A stretch of DNA of 63,969 bases, filler included, from Guillardia theta CCMP2712 (GCF_000315625.1; 6 parts of 6 records of this genome joined end to end with filler, not necessarily neighbours in it); one strand, 5' to 3'; shown: positions 23,458 through 37,500, counted from the whole stretch's first letter. Program-made: numbers and translations. The notes: generated by a model from the letters alone, not told the origin.

Positions 23458-25503
23458 ATGGCGGAGGAGGCGGGGAAGCAGCAGATGAGGCTGAGGGAGA
23501 TGCGAGAGAAGATCGAGAAGAGCAGGAGCGAGCCCAAGAGGACGAGGAAGGGAAGCAGCAGGGAGGGAGGAGGGGAGGAAGAACAGGGGTTGAGTGAGGG
23601 GCGAGCAGGGGATGGGAGGGTGGAAGGGAGGTCGTTGAAGGAAGTCCGAGAGTCGATCGAAGGCTACAGAGCGGAGGAGCGCAGGGTCCTCCAGGAGGGA
23701 CTGAAGACCAGAGGGACGAGAGCGTGCGAGGGCAACCTGGAAGGAGAGCTTCTGACATACAGGATGGTGCTCGAGATGGAGATGAATGGGTTGAACAAGA
23801 GTAGGTTGAAGATGCTGGCCAAGGATCGCATCAGAGGTCGACATGACAACGAGGATGGCAAGGAGATCGAAGACGATAGGATAGAGTTCGGGAGGAGCCG
23901 ATCAACCTACGGGCGCTTCCTGTCGCGCAAGCTGCTCGTTCAAGGCTTGACGACAGAATTTGTCGCTCCCTGCTCACCTGAATGGCAGGCGGCAGCGCAA
24001 GGGCACGAGAGGGGAGGAGCAGGGCTCAGCTTCAGATGCTGCTGGGGCGGCAGCCAACCAACGAGGTCCCTGCATGCACAGCTGCTGCTCGCTCGCTCAC
24101 TCCGCAGGTCGATGAAGGAGGTGAAGCAAGTGCTGAAGAAAGGCGGTTACCTTCCTCCCCCCTTGTTGTCGTGATGCTTGACTCCCTCCACAGCAAAGCA
24201 GCACGTCGACTTCTCCTCGAGTGATGAAGGACCACGAGAACGATCGACGTTGCTACCTGAGGAGGAGGGAGTCGGCGGTCAGGTGATGTGGGAGGCTCCC
24301 CTACTCCCCATGACTTGAGTGGGTCCAGGAAAGAACGAGGAAGAGCCAGAGGCACACGAGAGCTCACTCACCCAACGACCTGACGTCGACGTCCTCCGGG
24401 GAGAGATCCGAGGGTCAGCATGGTGAGCGGCAGCCAGGGACGAGCAGTGGCTGACTGTGGGTGCGGGCGGTGCAGGGACGACGAGGAGGCGGGTGAATCC
24501 GGAGATGAACAAGTTCAGGAAGTTCAAGCAAGGCAAAGCTTGCCTCTCTCCTCCTTGTGTTGGGCTGAGGGTCATCGTGACATCAGACTTCGACAAGAGG
24601 ATGCTCGACCTAAGGAAGAAGCTGGCAGTCAATGTCCGTCCTCCGCTGCGCCCCGTCCCTGTACTGAACGGAGCTGCAGGCAGAGAAGGAGAGGAAGAAC
24701 CTAGAGAGGGAGTCGAAGTTCTCAGACCTCCTGGCCAAAATTCAGATGTGAGCACACCGTCCCTCCGTTGCACTGTCCCATGCTGACCTCTCGCCGTCAG
24801 TCACTCCAGCGCCACCCGTGAATCAAGGAGGAGCTCGTCTCCCTCCGTGATCGAGGCATCTCCTTGTTCCCCCTGCCGCTCGCCCGTCCCCTTACAGAGC
24901 AGCAGGTCAAGAGCTCCTCTCCTCGACGACCCGCAACCAGCCTGGAGGCCCTTCTTGACAACGAGTTGAGGCGTGCTGAGGTGATGCTGCTCTGACTCTG
25001 CTATCTCCTCCCTCACAGTTGGAACTTCCACTAGAGGAGGAGCTCCTTTCCAGAGGAACCAGTCTCCTCCGGGGCAAACAGCCCTGCCCCCCAGGACAAC
25101 AGCAGCAGGCGGGGGAGCATGAGGATGTGAGCTTGTTGCGTGCATGTTCCTTGACGCCCAGTCACCTTGTGGGGTCAGGGACAGCAGGAGGAGCAGCTTG
25201 CGACGCTCCTCCATCATGAGCTTCATGCGAGGGCCCTCCAAGGCTAGGCAGGAGCTAGAAGACGCGAAGGAGGAGGATAAGGAGACTCCTTCGGAGGATG
25301 CGGAAGCTGACGAGGCCGAGAGCCAATCGACGGATCCCTCGGACTCGCCCACGTTCGAGGAGATGCTCAAGATGAAGAGAGAAATCTTGGGAGAAAAGGG
25401 CTCTCCGAGGGAAGCCCAGAAGGTCAGGTCAAAGAGCGCCACCACCACTCGCGCATTCAAAGTGGCAACTGCTGCGAGGATGAAGCCACCTGGTCGGTTT
25501 TGA
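23458..25503 (+). CDS. Hypothetical multi-exon protein
   Basis: Chain of same-strand ORFs (23446, 24457, 25144) with plausible short introns; no recognisable domain. Confidence 0.35.
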
Positions 25504-25615
25504 TGGGGAAGAAATTCCATGACGATCCTTCATGTATCATGATTGTAAATATGATGATCTAAGCTAATAATAAGCAGTCTCAATTCAATCTTGCAGCAGA
25601 AGCTCTTCTCGTGAA

Positions 25616-26398
25616 TCAATGCTCTTTTGCAGGGGTCGATTGCTTGCTTAAAGCATCGTGAGCGTCTTTCTTGGTGAATTCCTGATAAGAATCTGATTCG
25701 CTTTCCGTCCTATACAATCTATCTTTGCATTCTGTTTCCCAGCGTTTCAGGTCTCGCAGAATGTTCAAGCATTGTTTGACGCGCTCAATACTAAGGATCT
25801 CTGTTGTTTGATCGGATTCCCAAATCTTCAAGGCAGATTGTTGAAATTTTTCGGATTTTCTTATCCAGTTTAGACGTCGTTCGTCATCTTGCGCATCCAT
25901 AGCCAACTTGTAGCAAACAAATGACATTGAAGAATAACAAGACGCTCTCATCTCAGTATTTTGTTGCTCTCTGCTGAGTATTGTGAGCCCCTGCTCGTAG
26001 GTTTTCAAAGCCTTTTCAAAGTGGTTCGTCTATTGGTAGAATGAGTCAGGAGAAACATCGCCATGAACGATGAAACTCTACCTCCACAAAAACATCTGCC
26101 ACTCTCATACTTGTTACAGCTAAGAGTGACTTCAGTTGATTTTCACGACTTGATTTCATCCTGTAGCAAGCAATTTCTTCTTGCATTGTCTTCTTGTACT
26201 CATCAAGTGCCTCTTTATATTTTCCAGCGGCATGTAGAAGCAAGGCGCTTGAGAGGCGACAGCTTGAGGTGCCATCGGTAGAAAAAACGTTCTTGCGGCT
26301 CTTACGAATCTCCCTATACTTTTGCAAGGCCGCGCTGATGTCGCCCTGACTTTCAAGAATCCAAGTAAGCGCCAAAGTAACCTGTCCTTATGATTCAA
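25616..26398 (-). CDS. TPR-repeat protein (3' exons)
   Basis: ILESQGDISAALQKYRE, AAGKYKEALDEYKK, FEKALKTYEQGL TPR-like helices. Confidence 0.65.
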
Positions 26399-27751
26399 GG
26401 GGAGTGCACACGTTTCATGCGAACAATTACAAATTCGTAATAGTACTGATCTTCACCTTCGATCTCGAGCATTTCTTCAAGGCACTCTTTTATTTGCATG
26501 GATCTGTCAAAGTGTTGTTACCCCGCTGGAAGATGCTGAAACTCGAGTTTGTTCTCACTGGTCAAGCTCATCATCAGCTGCACATGCACGGCCTCAGTGA
26601 AAGTCAGTTACAGAGAACATGCAAAGATGAGAATGAAAGCATACTCATTCCTGAATCAGACAGCTCTGAAGTGCCCCAGATACGCGACAATGCATCTTCC
26701 AGGTCTTTCCAAGCCGCTGCCATGTCACTCCTTTGCTGCGATGGATGAATGAAAGTTGAACGAAGAAAGTAATACATGGGAAGAAGAAAAGCAAGAAATG
26801 GAAACGCAAGACACAATCAAACAAACAAGCCAAAGGCAATGAACACAACAAAGAGAGATTGCAGGGATGAAATGAAGATGAAATGAAAGACAGAAGACTC
26901 TCAGCGTGAAGACCTTTGAAGCAGTTGTGAGTGTCATGGACACAGGGAGTGGATGGGCGAATTCGTTGAAACATGTAAAAGATTCTTTCAAAAATGAAGA
27001 TATGCATGGACAGAATCTTATTGAAAGAATCTATATGAATCAACACAACAACGAGTTCTCGATGATCTGCTATCAAGAGAAAGAATGCACATCTTTCAAA
27101 GAAGCACAGATCATGGTCTCTAACGAATCTCCTCCCATCATCGATGCTCTCAACATGTTAACAATGCATAACACTGCTTTGTCAGCATGATCCCTCTACC
27201 CGCCCTCCCCTTTCCACCTCCGCCATTCATCGCATCATCCCATTCATTGCCTGCCATTTTTGGATTCGCCTTCACCAAAAAGTTTGTGGGTTGCCGGCTG
27301 CGCGGGAAATTCACCCCCACCCCCTGGTTTTCACTACCCCACCATGGAATTTCCACAAAAAAATATCACATTGACCGGTTCTCTACAAATTCAAAGGACC
27401 ACCCCCTTCGCTTCGCTAGCAACCAGGATGGCGGAGAGATGAGCAGCATTGAATCGTCGTTGCTGAGTCATGCAGACGGAGCGACAGTTGCGGACCGGGC
27501 GAGTGAAGCTGCTGGGCAGACGGCTAGGGCAACATCTTGATGATCGACGATTTCCATGTACTAGAGGTTACGATGCAAGCTCAAGAATTGCTATGTGGTG
27601 TGAAGTGCTCACAGCAAAGATGGTGCATACTGAGAGTAGTGCAAATGCCTTGATTGTTGTTCTCATGATCAATCGCTCGCGGAAACATTACACCAGTCAC
27701 AACAAAATCGATGACCAGCCTCATTGCGATGAAACCAAAACCATCATCAGG

Positions 27752-28902
27752 TCAAGTCTTGATCCCGAGGAAAAGAAACTGCAGCTGTGACCAGGTCGCA
27801 GATCGGTCGACAATGACCGGATACTGATCGTGAAGCTGCAAAGTATAGATGCCTTTGACATGGTCTGGGACGCCGAACACAAACATCTTTGTCAGCCTCC
27901 AGAGGCCAGTCCCCTCCTCCTCGTCGAAACCAAAGAGGATCCGTTTGAGCCACGTCCAGGACAGCACAGAGCACTGGGTCTCGATGACGAAATCCGCGAA
28001 GTAGCGAACAGCGTTGCCCCAGCCCTCCTGCGGGGGCGCAGCAGCCTCCGGCTCGTGCTCTCCCTCCTTCACCACACTGACCCCTATCGACAGCAGCTGG
28101 CAATCCAGGTCACTGTCAATCCCCAAGAGATTCCTCCTCAGAGTCCTCCATGGCCAGATCACGGCATCCTCCTCTACCCCCAAAGTGATGGATCGTAGGA
28201 ACGCCCATAGCCCGCTCTCTTCCTCATCGACCCCAAGGACAGCTCGTTTGAACCACGGCCATCCTCCAAACTCGTTCCACGGCATCGGGATGAGCTCGAT
28301 GGAAAAGTCGGCGAGGTTTCTCATCACGGCATCTGCAGACACGTCGCCGAAGATTCTGAGGATGAGCCTCTTCACGACGAACAAGAACTTCCTCGTCAGC
28401 AGACCAGACGCAGATACGACGAGGAGAGACCGGAGCACGTCCTCGACGTAGGTCTGAGCGTCGGGGGTGAGGGGAGAACTTGTCCCCTGGTGCTTGAAGA
28501 TGAAGGTCTTCCTCAGTTGAAGGCTCCGCGAGTCCAGGCGAGCAACGCACAACACCTGTCCTCCACGCAGCAAGGGACTCTCGGGGATTTTCGATCCGCG
28601 AAGTGCGAGGCTTCCCCACCTAGACTGGATCACAGAGCACGTTCAGCGCTGCCCGGAAACGTGCAAGGGGCTTTTCTCACCTGGCGCTGGAGGGAGCAGC
28701 ACTTCACGTTGGGGTCCTTGGGACCAGGACAGAAGGCTGACGGCCGAGCGCGGACCTTTAAGGTTTGTAAGAGGGAGGCCGATGGAGGAAGATGATCGTC
28801 GTCCTTGCTTCCCCCATCCCGACCGTCGTCGACATGGTCATTGGAAGAGGTAGCAGAGCTCAGTATGAAAGCAGCGGCCAACAGGAGTAGAATCTTAGTC
28901 AT
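27752..28902 (-). CDS. Secreted/membrane-associated hypothetical protein with Trp-rich internal repeats
   Basis: Signal peptide MTKILLLLAAAFILSSA; repeated WxWxKRxxxGxDEEExGLW units. Confidence 0.55.
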
Positions 28903-29290
28903 GGTGGGGAAGCTCTGCGATGTATCATGAAGTCATCTCTCCCTTCGATCCTGATCGTGCGTGTTGGTCAAATCTGCACGAGGAGACGAGGGGAGGAGAA
29001 CGATGCGGGGGCGGGGAGGAAAGGTACGAGAGCTCGAATGAAAGGAGGAGGAGGAGGAGGAGGAGGAGGAGGAGGAGGAGGAGGAGGAGGAGGAAGAGGA
29101 GGAGGAGGAGGAGGAAGAGGAGGAGGAGGAGGAGGAGGCGAAAGGATGGGAGGAGGGGCTGCGTATCTCACTTGTACAACACTTCTTCCTCCTCGCTCGT
29201 GTTGTCACCTCTTCATCGTTCGCCTCCTCCGCCGGATCCCTGCATGGCACCATTTCCATGCATGGCGGCCACTCGTCCTGCCCCTCCTGC

Positions 29291-30400
29291 CCCTGCTTCT
29301 CCCGGTGTTTCTCTTTTGCTGTCCTCCATCCTCCAATATTTGATTCTGAGGGGGACATGCTTTGTGCTGGTACAGGCGCAATGCTGGGTTCCCACTTGCT
29401 ATGGAAGGGGGCAAGGATAGTTGGCATGGCGGGCAGGGGCAGTGCCATGGCGGCGAGAAGGACGCACATACCTGTTCCTCTACATCCACGACGTCCCTCT
29501 GCTCCTCGCGCGCATTCTCTCTCCAGCTCGGCGCAAGGCTCGCCTGCTCCGTGGCTTCTGAGGGGGTCGGCGGGGGGCTGGAAGAGCGTGGAGGAGTTGG
29601 ATGCGAAGCTTGCGGAGCTTGTCTGTACCAGGCACGCCATGGACATGAACCTTCGGATCAACGACATGCTGTCTAGGGGCGACATTTCGTTCCTGGGGAC
29701 GGAATCCTCGGTCGAGTTTCGCCGACTGTCTGGCATGGTGGAGGTCCTGCAGTTCGAGTGAGTGCGCATGCCATATGGAGAGGGGTGACCTCTGACGGGC
29801 ATGCCGCTAGGCACAAGTTCGTTGAGACGCTGGACGTCATGGTGGAGAACATCGGTAGTGTAGGAGGCGTCAGAGTGGGGAGAGCGATGACTCGAATGCC
29901 AGACAAGGTTCTCTTGTTGCAGCCTCCTGGTGACGCCGAGCGCGTTCAAGTGACGTTCTCATGGTCCGTCACAAGAGGCAAGGTGGGGACGAGAGAGGTG
30001 GATGGAGGAAGGAGAGGGAGGGAGGGGAGGGGGAGGACTGGAGGAGGGGTTGGGATGATGTGTTCGTGTATGTGTGGTGGTTGGGGGTGATGGGAGGGAG
30101 GGATGGACAGGAGCTGGGTCGGTTGTGACAGGGTGTGTTGAAGGTGCAGGGCATGAGGAACGAAGAGTTCTCTGCCAGAATCCATGTGAATGGAGAGAAA
30201 GTTGTAGAGGTCAACGAGCTCGACACCTCTGTAGCGGAGCAAGTGCGCAAACTGGCTGTATCGCCTCCTGCCCTGACTGTTCTGCCAGCATCTCAGAGCT
30301 CTTCGTCAAGAGCTCCAGGTTCCTGACTCGATCCCCGATAGCAAGTTTGCCTGGATCATCAGGTGAGAGGAGTGCTGGGGTTGGAAAGCTCCTGATGCTC
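29291..30400 (+). CDS. Hypothetical multi-exon protein
   Basis: Successive + ORFs 29258, 29758 and 30135 linked by GT-AG introns. Confidence 0.35.
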
Positions 30401-30989
30401 ATCCAGCTTCTTCTGCACGTTCCCGTCAGACTATGCCTTCGACATCGTAAGGTGAGACCTGGTCGGTGTGGGTGTGTGCGGCATGAAGATCGGTTGCAGT
30501 GAACAGCTCAACACGTAGAGCGGGAGAAGCAAAATGGACTGATGAGAGTTTCAACCGACTTTATTCTTCCCACGTGTCACATCTGCTTTGACTTGAGGAT
30601 CTCAAGACGCCGCCTTCGCCTGTAAGTTTAGAGTCAGGCCAGTAGCTGCCAGCACTAGTTGTTAGCCAGGTGCCTGTTGCTCGAGAGCTTGCGAAGGTCT
30701 TCCAAGATAGCCATGTCCTTGCGATACAAACAAACCCCGAGATAGAAAATGAAGAGGATGATGGCAAACAGAACCTGGGCAGATTCTTCAGCTCACGAGC
30801 GCTGAACTGGTCAACACAAGGACCCCAAAGACGATCGCAAGCTTCCGCCATGGCGAGTGCTTGGTTTTCTTCATGTGATACTCGCTCCTCGCCTTGGATT
30901 GGCTGGGTCCAGGTCAGCATGGCGGAATCTCTCATTGGGTTGACCTCAGCAGCGTGTGAGGACGACGGGCGACGTCCCCGAGTCCGTCA

Positions 30990-31975
30990 GGGCTTGCCTC
31001 GCAGGAGAGATGTTCGCAGTAAAGCTTCTCGAACCTGAAGCTTCACGTCAGGTCGACGAGGCCAAGGGGGAGGGAGCAGGGGGGGCGCACTCGTGATGCA
31101 GTCGGTTCGCAGCGTCGCTGGTGTGGGGAGGGAAGCACTTGTCGAGGACTGAGTGGCATCGATGCCTCCGCTTCTGCATCCTCTTGGCATCGCACCTGTA
31201 GGAGGAGGTCTTGAACATGCCCTCCGACCCGATGACGTTCTCCTGCATGTCACACTCCAGCACGTCGCAGTAGTCTGCAAGGCAGAACCCATCCTCCTTG
31301 ATGGTCTCAGGGTGACGGTTGACATAGTGGTGCTCGAGGTAGGACTCGCTCTTGAACACCTTGTTGCAATACAGACACTTCCAGTTGTTGAACCTCACTT
31401 CCTTCTTGTGCTGAGGAGGGGATTGATCAGGAAAGAGCACACCAAGACTGACCATGGGCAGCAGAGCAAGCATCTCAGCGAGGCATCGCAAGCTTGCAAG
31501 TCAGGCATCACTCCTGCAAGACCTCACCTTTTCGTTGTCAAGGAACATATCTCTCTCTTCCGAGAATGGGCACCCGGGCTGAGGAAAGTTTCAGAAGGCC
31601 GGCGGGTCTGAAAGGTGAAGTACGACCGGCAGTTGGAACCCTAGCTTGCGGACATGCGGGTAAAACTCTTCCCTTAGAATGTTCCGAGCCAGCCTCGATC
31701 GCCCCCGGTTACAACTGCGGTCCAGCTCAGCTGAGAACGAGCAGGAGCGAAGGTCTTCACTTGGCATGCCGGCTGTCAGAGTCTTCAGCGCCATGCAGAA
31801 ACCCTTGGATGGAGTTAGTCCCAGGCCGCACTCCAAGTACACTTTGGACCCATCAAGGAAAGAAAAGCAAGGAGACCCAACAGGAATCGCTGATTCCTGC
31901 TGCCGTGCTCCATAATCTGAACACAGGAATTCGTCAAGTTCTCGACAGGAGAACAATTTTCCCTCTCCTGTTGTG
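30990..31975 (-). CDS. Cys-rich C2H2 zinc-finger protein (plant/protist C2H2-like family)
   Basis: CNRGRSRLARNILREEFYP; WKCLYCNKVFKSESYLEHH..NRH; CLADYCDVLEC; RHRCHSVLDKCFP...ANRLH; ends approximate. Confidence 0.7.
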
Positions 31976-32525
31976 ATCTCCCTCCTGTGCTGCTGCACCT
32001 CCTCCTTCTGCTGCTGATCCTGTTCTTCTCGTCCTCCCGCCTCCCTGCTGCTCCTGCTCCTGCACTTCCTCCTTATCCTGCTCCTTGTCCTGCTCCTTGT
32101 CCTACTCCTGCTCCTTCTCATCCTCCTTCTATTTTTTCTCCTCCTACTGCTCCTGCTCCTGATCCTCCTGCCTCGTTCTCATCTTTCTCATCCTCCTGTT
32201 GCTCTTCCTCCTCCAACTGCTCCTGCTTCTCCTGCTTCTCATTTTTCTCCTCCTTCTCATCCTCATCGTTCTACTGCTCCTTCTCATCCTCATAAATCTA
32301 CTGCCGGCTGCTGCTGCTGCTCTCCTCCTCCTCCTGCTCCTGCTGCTCCTGCTCCTCCTGCTCTCCTGCTCCTGCTGCTGCTCCTCCTCCTCCTGCTGCT
32401 GCTCCTGCTCCTGCTCCTGCTCCTGNNNNNNNNNNNNNNNNNNNNNNNNNNNNNNNNNNNNNNNNNNNNTTAATTAATTAANNNNNNNNNNNNNNNNNNN
32501 NNNNNNNNNNNNNNNNNNNNNNNNN

Positions 32526-34727
32526 GCCCCTCCATCTCCTTCCGCAGCTCTCTCGATGTCGCCTCTCGCCTCCCGCAGCCCCTTCTCCGCCTCCTCCGCC
32601 TCCTCCCGCGCTCGCCCGCCCTCCTTCCTCAGCTCCTCTATCCTTCTCCTGCTCTCCCGAGCTTCTTCCTCCAGCTCCTCTACTCGCCTCTCCAGCTCCC
32701 TGGCCTCCTCCTGCCTCCCTGCCGCCTCCCGCGCCTGCATCGTCATTCCCCCTCCCTATCTCCGCCGCCTCCTGCCCGCCCCGCGTTAGTCCCCAGCCTC
32801 CCAATACCCTGCCCCTCTCTCCCTCCCTCTCCCTCCCGCCCTCCCCCTCTGCCCCTCCCCCTCTCTCCGCCCAAGCCTCCTACCTCCTCCAGCTCGTCCG
32901 CCTGTCGCTTCACCTCCTGCAGCCCCTGCACCACCCGCGCTCGCAGGCTCTCCCTCGCTGCCTCCGCACATCGCAGCTGTCTGCTTCCTCGCTCCATCGC
33001 CTCCTCCGTTGTCGCCGTCGCCCGCCTGACCTCTCCCGCACACCCCGCCAGCTCTCGCCGTAGCTCCTCGACCTGGTCTTCCGCCCTTGCCTGTCCCAAG
33101 CCCTCAGCCACCCTACCTCCTCCTCCTATCCTCCTCCTCCTCCTATCCTCCTGCTTCCGCCCTCTATCCTACCCTCCCGCTGCCCTTCTCTCCCCCTTCC
33201 GTGCCGGCTCCCTTCTCCTCCTCTGCGTCTCTCTTCCCCTCGATCGGCTTACCCGCCTCTCCTCCTGCTCTCTCCTCCGACGCTCAAGCTCCTCCTCCGA
33301 CGCCTCAAGCCTGCATCCCCGACACCGCACTCTCGTCAGCCCTCCCCTCCCCTCCCCTCCCCTCCCCTCCCTCCTTACCTCCTTCCTAGCTGCCTCCCGG
33401 CTTCCTCCGCCTCCTCAAGCCTCCTCCGCAGCCCCGCTGCCTCCCGCTCCCCGTCCTCCCGCTCCCTCCTCCTCCTCTCCTCCGCCGCCTCCGCCGCCCC
33501 CGCAGCGCCTCCCCGTCTCTCCTCAAGCCCTCCACCGCTGATCTCCACCCCCTCGCGTCCTCCTCTATCCCCAGCCTCGTCTCCCCTGCCTCTCTCATCG
33601 CCCTCACGCACTCTGCCCTCATCTCCTCCGCCGCTGCCCGTACCCTCCTCGCCTCCCCCGCCGCCTCCCTCCGCCGCCTCTCTGACCTCTCCGCCTCCTC
33701 CTGCATCCGCATCACCTCCTCCCGTAGCCCCTCTGAGCTTCGCCCGGCCTCCTCCAGAGCTCTTTCAAGCCCCTCCATCTCCTTCCGCAGCTCTCTCGAT
33801 GTCGCCTCTGCCTCCCGCAGCCCCTTCTCCGCCTCCTCCGCCCTTTTCCAAGCTTGCTTGCATTCTTCTTTGCTGCTTTGCAGGTCTTGGCTAGTTTGTT
33901 GGAACAAAGCACTGAGAGTTAAGATGTTGCTTTCGTGCTTGTGGCGGTTGATGATATCAAATTTGATGTTTTTTGTGTGTTCCTCAATCAAACTACTTGT
34001 CAACTCTGCAAGTTCCTGTTGCAAGATAAGTGGAAGGGGAGGAGGGAATCTAGTATACCTTGTTGAACATGCTTGAAATGTTTGAGAGGTCCCGTATGAT
34101 GGCCATGCATTCAGTCCGTTGAGCTTGCTTCTTGTCTGCTGATCTCCTCTCTCCCGCTGCTTTCTCAGATTTTGGGGGTTTGGTGGTCAACCCCTTGACC
34201 AATGTTGTCTCTTCCTTTGCAGGCTCTACCTGGCACGAGACGACCGCAGTCTGTCTGTCCCATCCAGGGCTTGACAATCTAAGGGACCGCAGATAAGAAA
34301 AGTGTCAATCCCCATCAACCAACACCTTTCGTGCTTGTCTGTTCCAGACTTTGATTCCAGGCCCTTGCTCATTGCCCAATCGATCTGTCTGGCTCCCCTG
34401 TTGAAGCACAGTCATTTCTTTCGCGTGCAAGACAAGTGGGAGCACTTGTTCTTCGATCTTCCTGAAGCTTCAGAGTTTAACTTCCGACAAACCAGCGCGT
34501 TCTTGTTCAGTCGATCCAACTTGCTGCAAAGAGACCCCTGCAGCATCACATCAAACAGCCGCATCACCAGCCCTCTCTCTGCCCACCTGCAAGCTCCATC
34601 CTCGGCGCAGCTCAGCGGCAGCTCCATCATCGAGGAGCTCTCTCCACCTGTCGCTTCCTTCCTCCCTTCCCTGCTGTCTTCTCGTTCCCGCCATCGCAAG
34701 TTTGAAAGAAGAGCCCCTCGGTCACCC
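32526..34727 (-). CDS. Long coiled-coil E/R/A-rich protein, multi-exon
   Basis: Heptad-rich ORFs at 33386-34024, 32743-33111 and 32474-32746; ~60-bp internal duplication (32541 vs 33783). Confidence 0.55.
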
Positions 34728-35182
34728 ATCACTTGAGTCAAGTCACGGTCCGACGGTCACCCGGCCCTCCGGGCCCGGCCCGGCGGCCGGGCGCTGCCGC
34801 CGAGCGACCATCGGACCGCGCCGCGGCTGTCCGCGGGCGCCGGGACTCGGGAGTCACTGCCAGGTCCCCTGGCACTGCCGCCGCCGGCCTGCCACCGCCA
34901 CCGGCCGCCACCGTCCCAGTGACGGTTCCCCGGCCCCCCCCCCCCACGGACCGTACTCGGTCGAGCTGTCTATTCGGACTCGAGGTGGTTGCGCGAGTTA
35001 GTCAATGGTTAGTTTATTTAACTAGTCAGTTTAACTCTAAGGTTGTCAGTTGGGCCGGGCCGGTGCCCGGCCGCGCCCCCGCCCCCCGGCGCCGCGCCGG
35101 ACCGTCGAAGGCTGCCGCGGGGGCCACCCGGCATTTAGTTCAATGTGTATTAGTCACCGTAGTCCCATTGACCATCGGAGTG

Positions 35183-35863
35183 TCAGAGCCCGGTTGAATA
35201 CCATCCGACGATGATCCTGAGGACTTCAATGGCGACCATCTCCTGATCGTGCTGCTCCTCGGCAGTGCCCGTGCGGTTCATATTCAGCACCAGGCACAGG
35301 AGCAGAAGCTCCTTCACTTGCCAGGCCCATCCCTTCATGATGTTCTCGTAGTGGATAAACTCCTCTGAGGCGTACACGTAGTCCTGCCCGTCACGGTCGT
35401 CTTGTATGTCGACCACCCCAGCTATCATCGCTAGGATGTCTTCCCCAACCTCGGCTATGAGCTCCTGCTGCCATGGGAAGGTCTTGCCCACCCACCTCTC
35501 CACCTCCGCTCTGATCTTCTCGTCCTCGCTCTCCAGCAGCTTCGCCGCCACCCCCTCGTACTGGTCGAGCACCACAAATCGCTCGAAGTAGCGGCAGACG
35601 TTCACGTGCTGAATCCGGTGGCTGTCCTTGAAGACGCTAAGCCCATAGCAGATGCCCCTTGCCGACAGTTCGCCGTAGGTGAGGAGGAGCTGGACGAGGG
35701 AGGAGAACGTCTGCTCGTAGAGGGCATCGCTGAGGCGGGCGCAGATGGGCTCCAGCAGCACGTGCGTCATCGTCTCAAGGAACAAGTTGATGGGTTGGTG
35801 TTCTACGCCCCGGGTGGCCGTTTCAAAGATAACCGTTGTAACCGCTGATCGAACAGTTGCCAT
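35183..35863 (-). CDS. Intronless hypothetical protein (~226 aa)
   Basis: Uninterrupted ORF with GC3-rich codons and globular composition; no recognised motif. Confidence 0.6.
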   Translation of the reverse strand: MATVRSAVTTVIFETATRGVEHQPINLFLETMTHVLLEPICARLSDALYEQTFSSLVQLLLTYGELSARGICYGLSVFKDSHRIQHVNVCRYFERFVVLDQYEGVAAKLLESEDEKIRAEVERWVGKTFPWQQELIAEVGEDILAMIAGVVDIQDDRDGQDYVYASEEFIHYENIMKGWAWQVKELLLLCLVLNMNRTGTAEEQHDQEMVAIEVLRIIVGWYSTGL

Positions 35864-36519
35864 TCTGATGAAAGAAGTTGATAGTGATTGATTGTTGATT
35901 GAATCCGTTGAATCTGCTTGAAAAGTCAACAAGCTAAAGGAGTTTCATTTTGTTCCCCTCATTGAGTTTGACAAGCTAAAGGAGTTTCAAGTCATCGTGA
36001 AAGCTTCAGGAGTCTAACTGACGGATACTAACACTCTCAGCTAATAACGATAACCCTCTCTTTCTAGGCACTAGGTCTCGATCTGGTGGGGTTATGGAAG
36101 GAATGCATGGGTTCGCCCAGCAGGCTGAGGCATGTGGCTTTCTCTAATACACTAATACATGTGCCTCTAGGAGATGATATACCAGTGCTAGTCGCTAGGT
36201 CCCATACATATAAAGATGAGCCCTGTCCGCCTCAGACAGAAGAAGGTGAAAGATCAGGGGCAGCAGATGCCCCGCGAACTTCCGGTAATACTGAGAAGTG
36301 CTGACTTGTGAAGCTTTCATAGGCAGGAGTATATCGAGCTAGGAAAGAGCTCTTTTCTTGGGGGGGGTGGGGGGTGGGGAAATGGTACTGACAGAAAGGA
36401 AGAGGGTAGGGGGGGTGGACTCCTGGGTGGACCAGGAACTTTGTTGGATCACTTGTAGGTGGGATGCATGGCAAGAACGCAGCAACGGGAAAGGAATGTG
36501 ATGGTAGAGGTAAGAATAG

Positions 36520-37500
36520 ACATGTGTAGGATGAAGAGAAAGATGAAGAGAGATCTCAGATGAGAAGAAAGAATGAAGAAAACTACCAGATGAGAAGAAA
36601 GAATGAAGAAAACTACCAGATGAGAAGAAAGAGGACAGATATCTTGGATTGAAGCAGAGGTGGTTGGATGAGAAGAAACAAGGATAGACCTATCGGATCA
36701 GGAGAAGGAAGAAGACATCTATGAGATAAGTAGACAGATAAAGAAATAAGGAGAAATGTATCATCTCTCACAAGATGAAAGAAAAGGACATCTATGAGAT
36801 ATCTCAAAACAGATATCTTGGATTGAAGGATGACAGAGCTGCATCCATCAGATAAGAAAAAAGAAACAGACACGAGGGAGGTATCTATAAGAATTGACAG
36901 AAGAGATCTATAAAGTGGGAACAAAATTGCAAAGATCTATCAGATAAGAAGAAAGATGAGGTCATGCGAGAAGAAAGGAAGAAGAAATCTTGCAAGGTCT
37001 TTCGGATAAGAAAAACTGTAAATCGATAGAGACTGGGATTTGTGATGAGAGATCGAAAGAGACTGGGATTTATCAGTCAGGAACCAAGACAGAGAAAAGT
37101 GTCAGAAAAGAAGAAAGAAGCCAAGGTCTGTCATGTAAGATGGGAGCAAAGACGGAGGGATCTACACAATAAATACATGCAGTAGATGTGTCAGACCACG
37201 AGAAACGAGAAGAGCTCCATCAGGTGATAGCAAATATGACATGATCATGCGTCAGAAAAGGAGAAAGAGAGAGATATATGCAAGGAATTCAAGAGTTCAG
37301 CAAAGAATCATTTAGGAGAGATGTATAATAGAGCAAGCAACATGATTCAGACGTATGACATGATTGACATGATACACGAAGAAGAGTTGAGAGACGTATG
37401 CCGAAGAAAGTAGGTAGAGAGACGCGTCAGATAGGAAGGATAGAAAGATGGACGTTGGGCCAAGGATCTTGTGAACCCTTTTTCTAGATGATACGAGAAG
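36520..37500. repeat. Purine-rich degenerate repeat tract (AGATGAGAAGAAA units, 31-bp tandem duplication at ~36558-36630)
   Basis: Seen directly. Confidence 0.6.
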
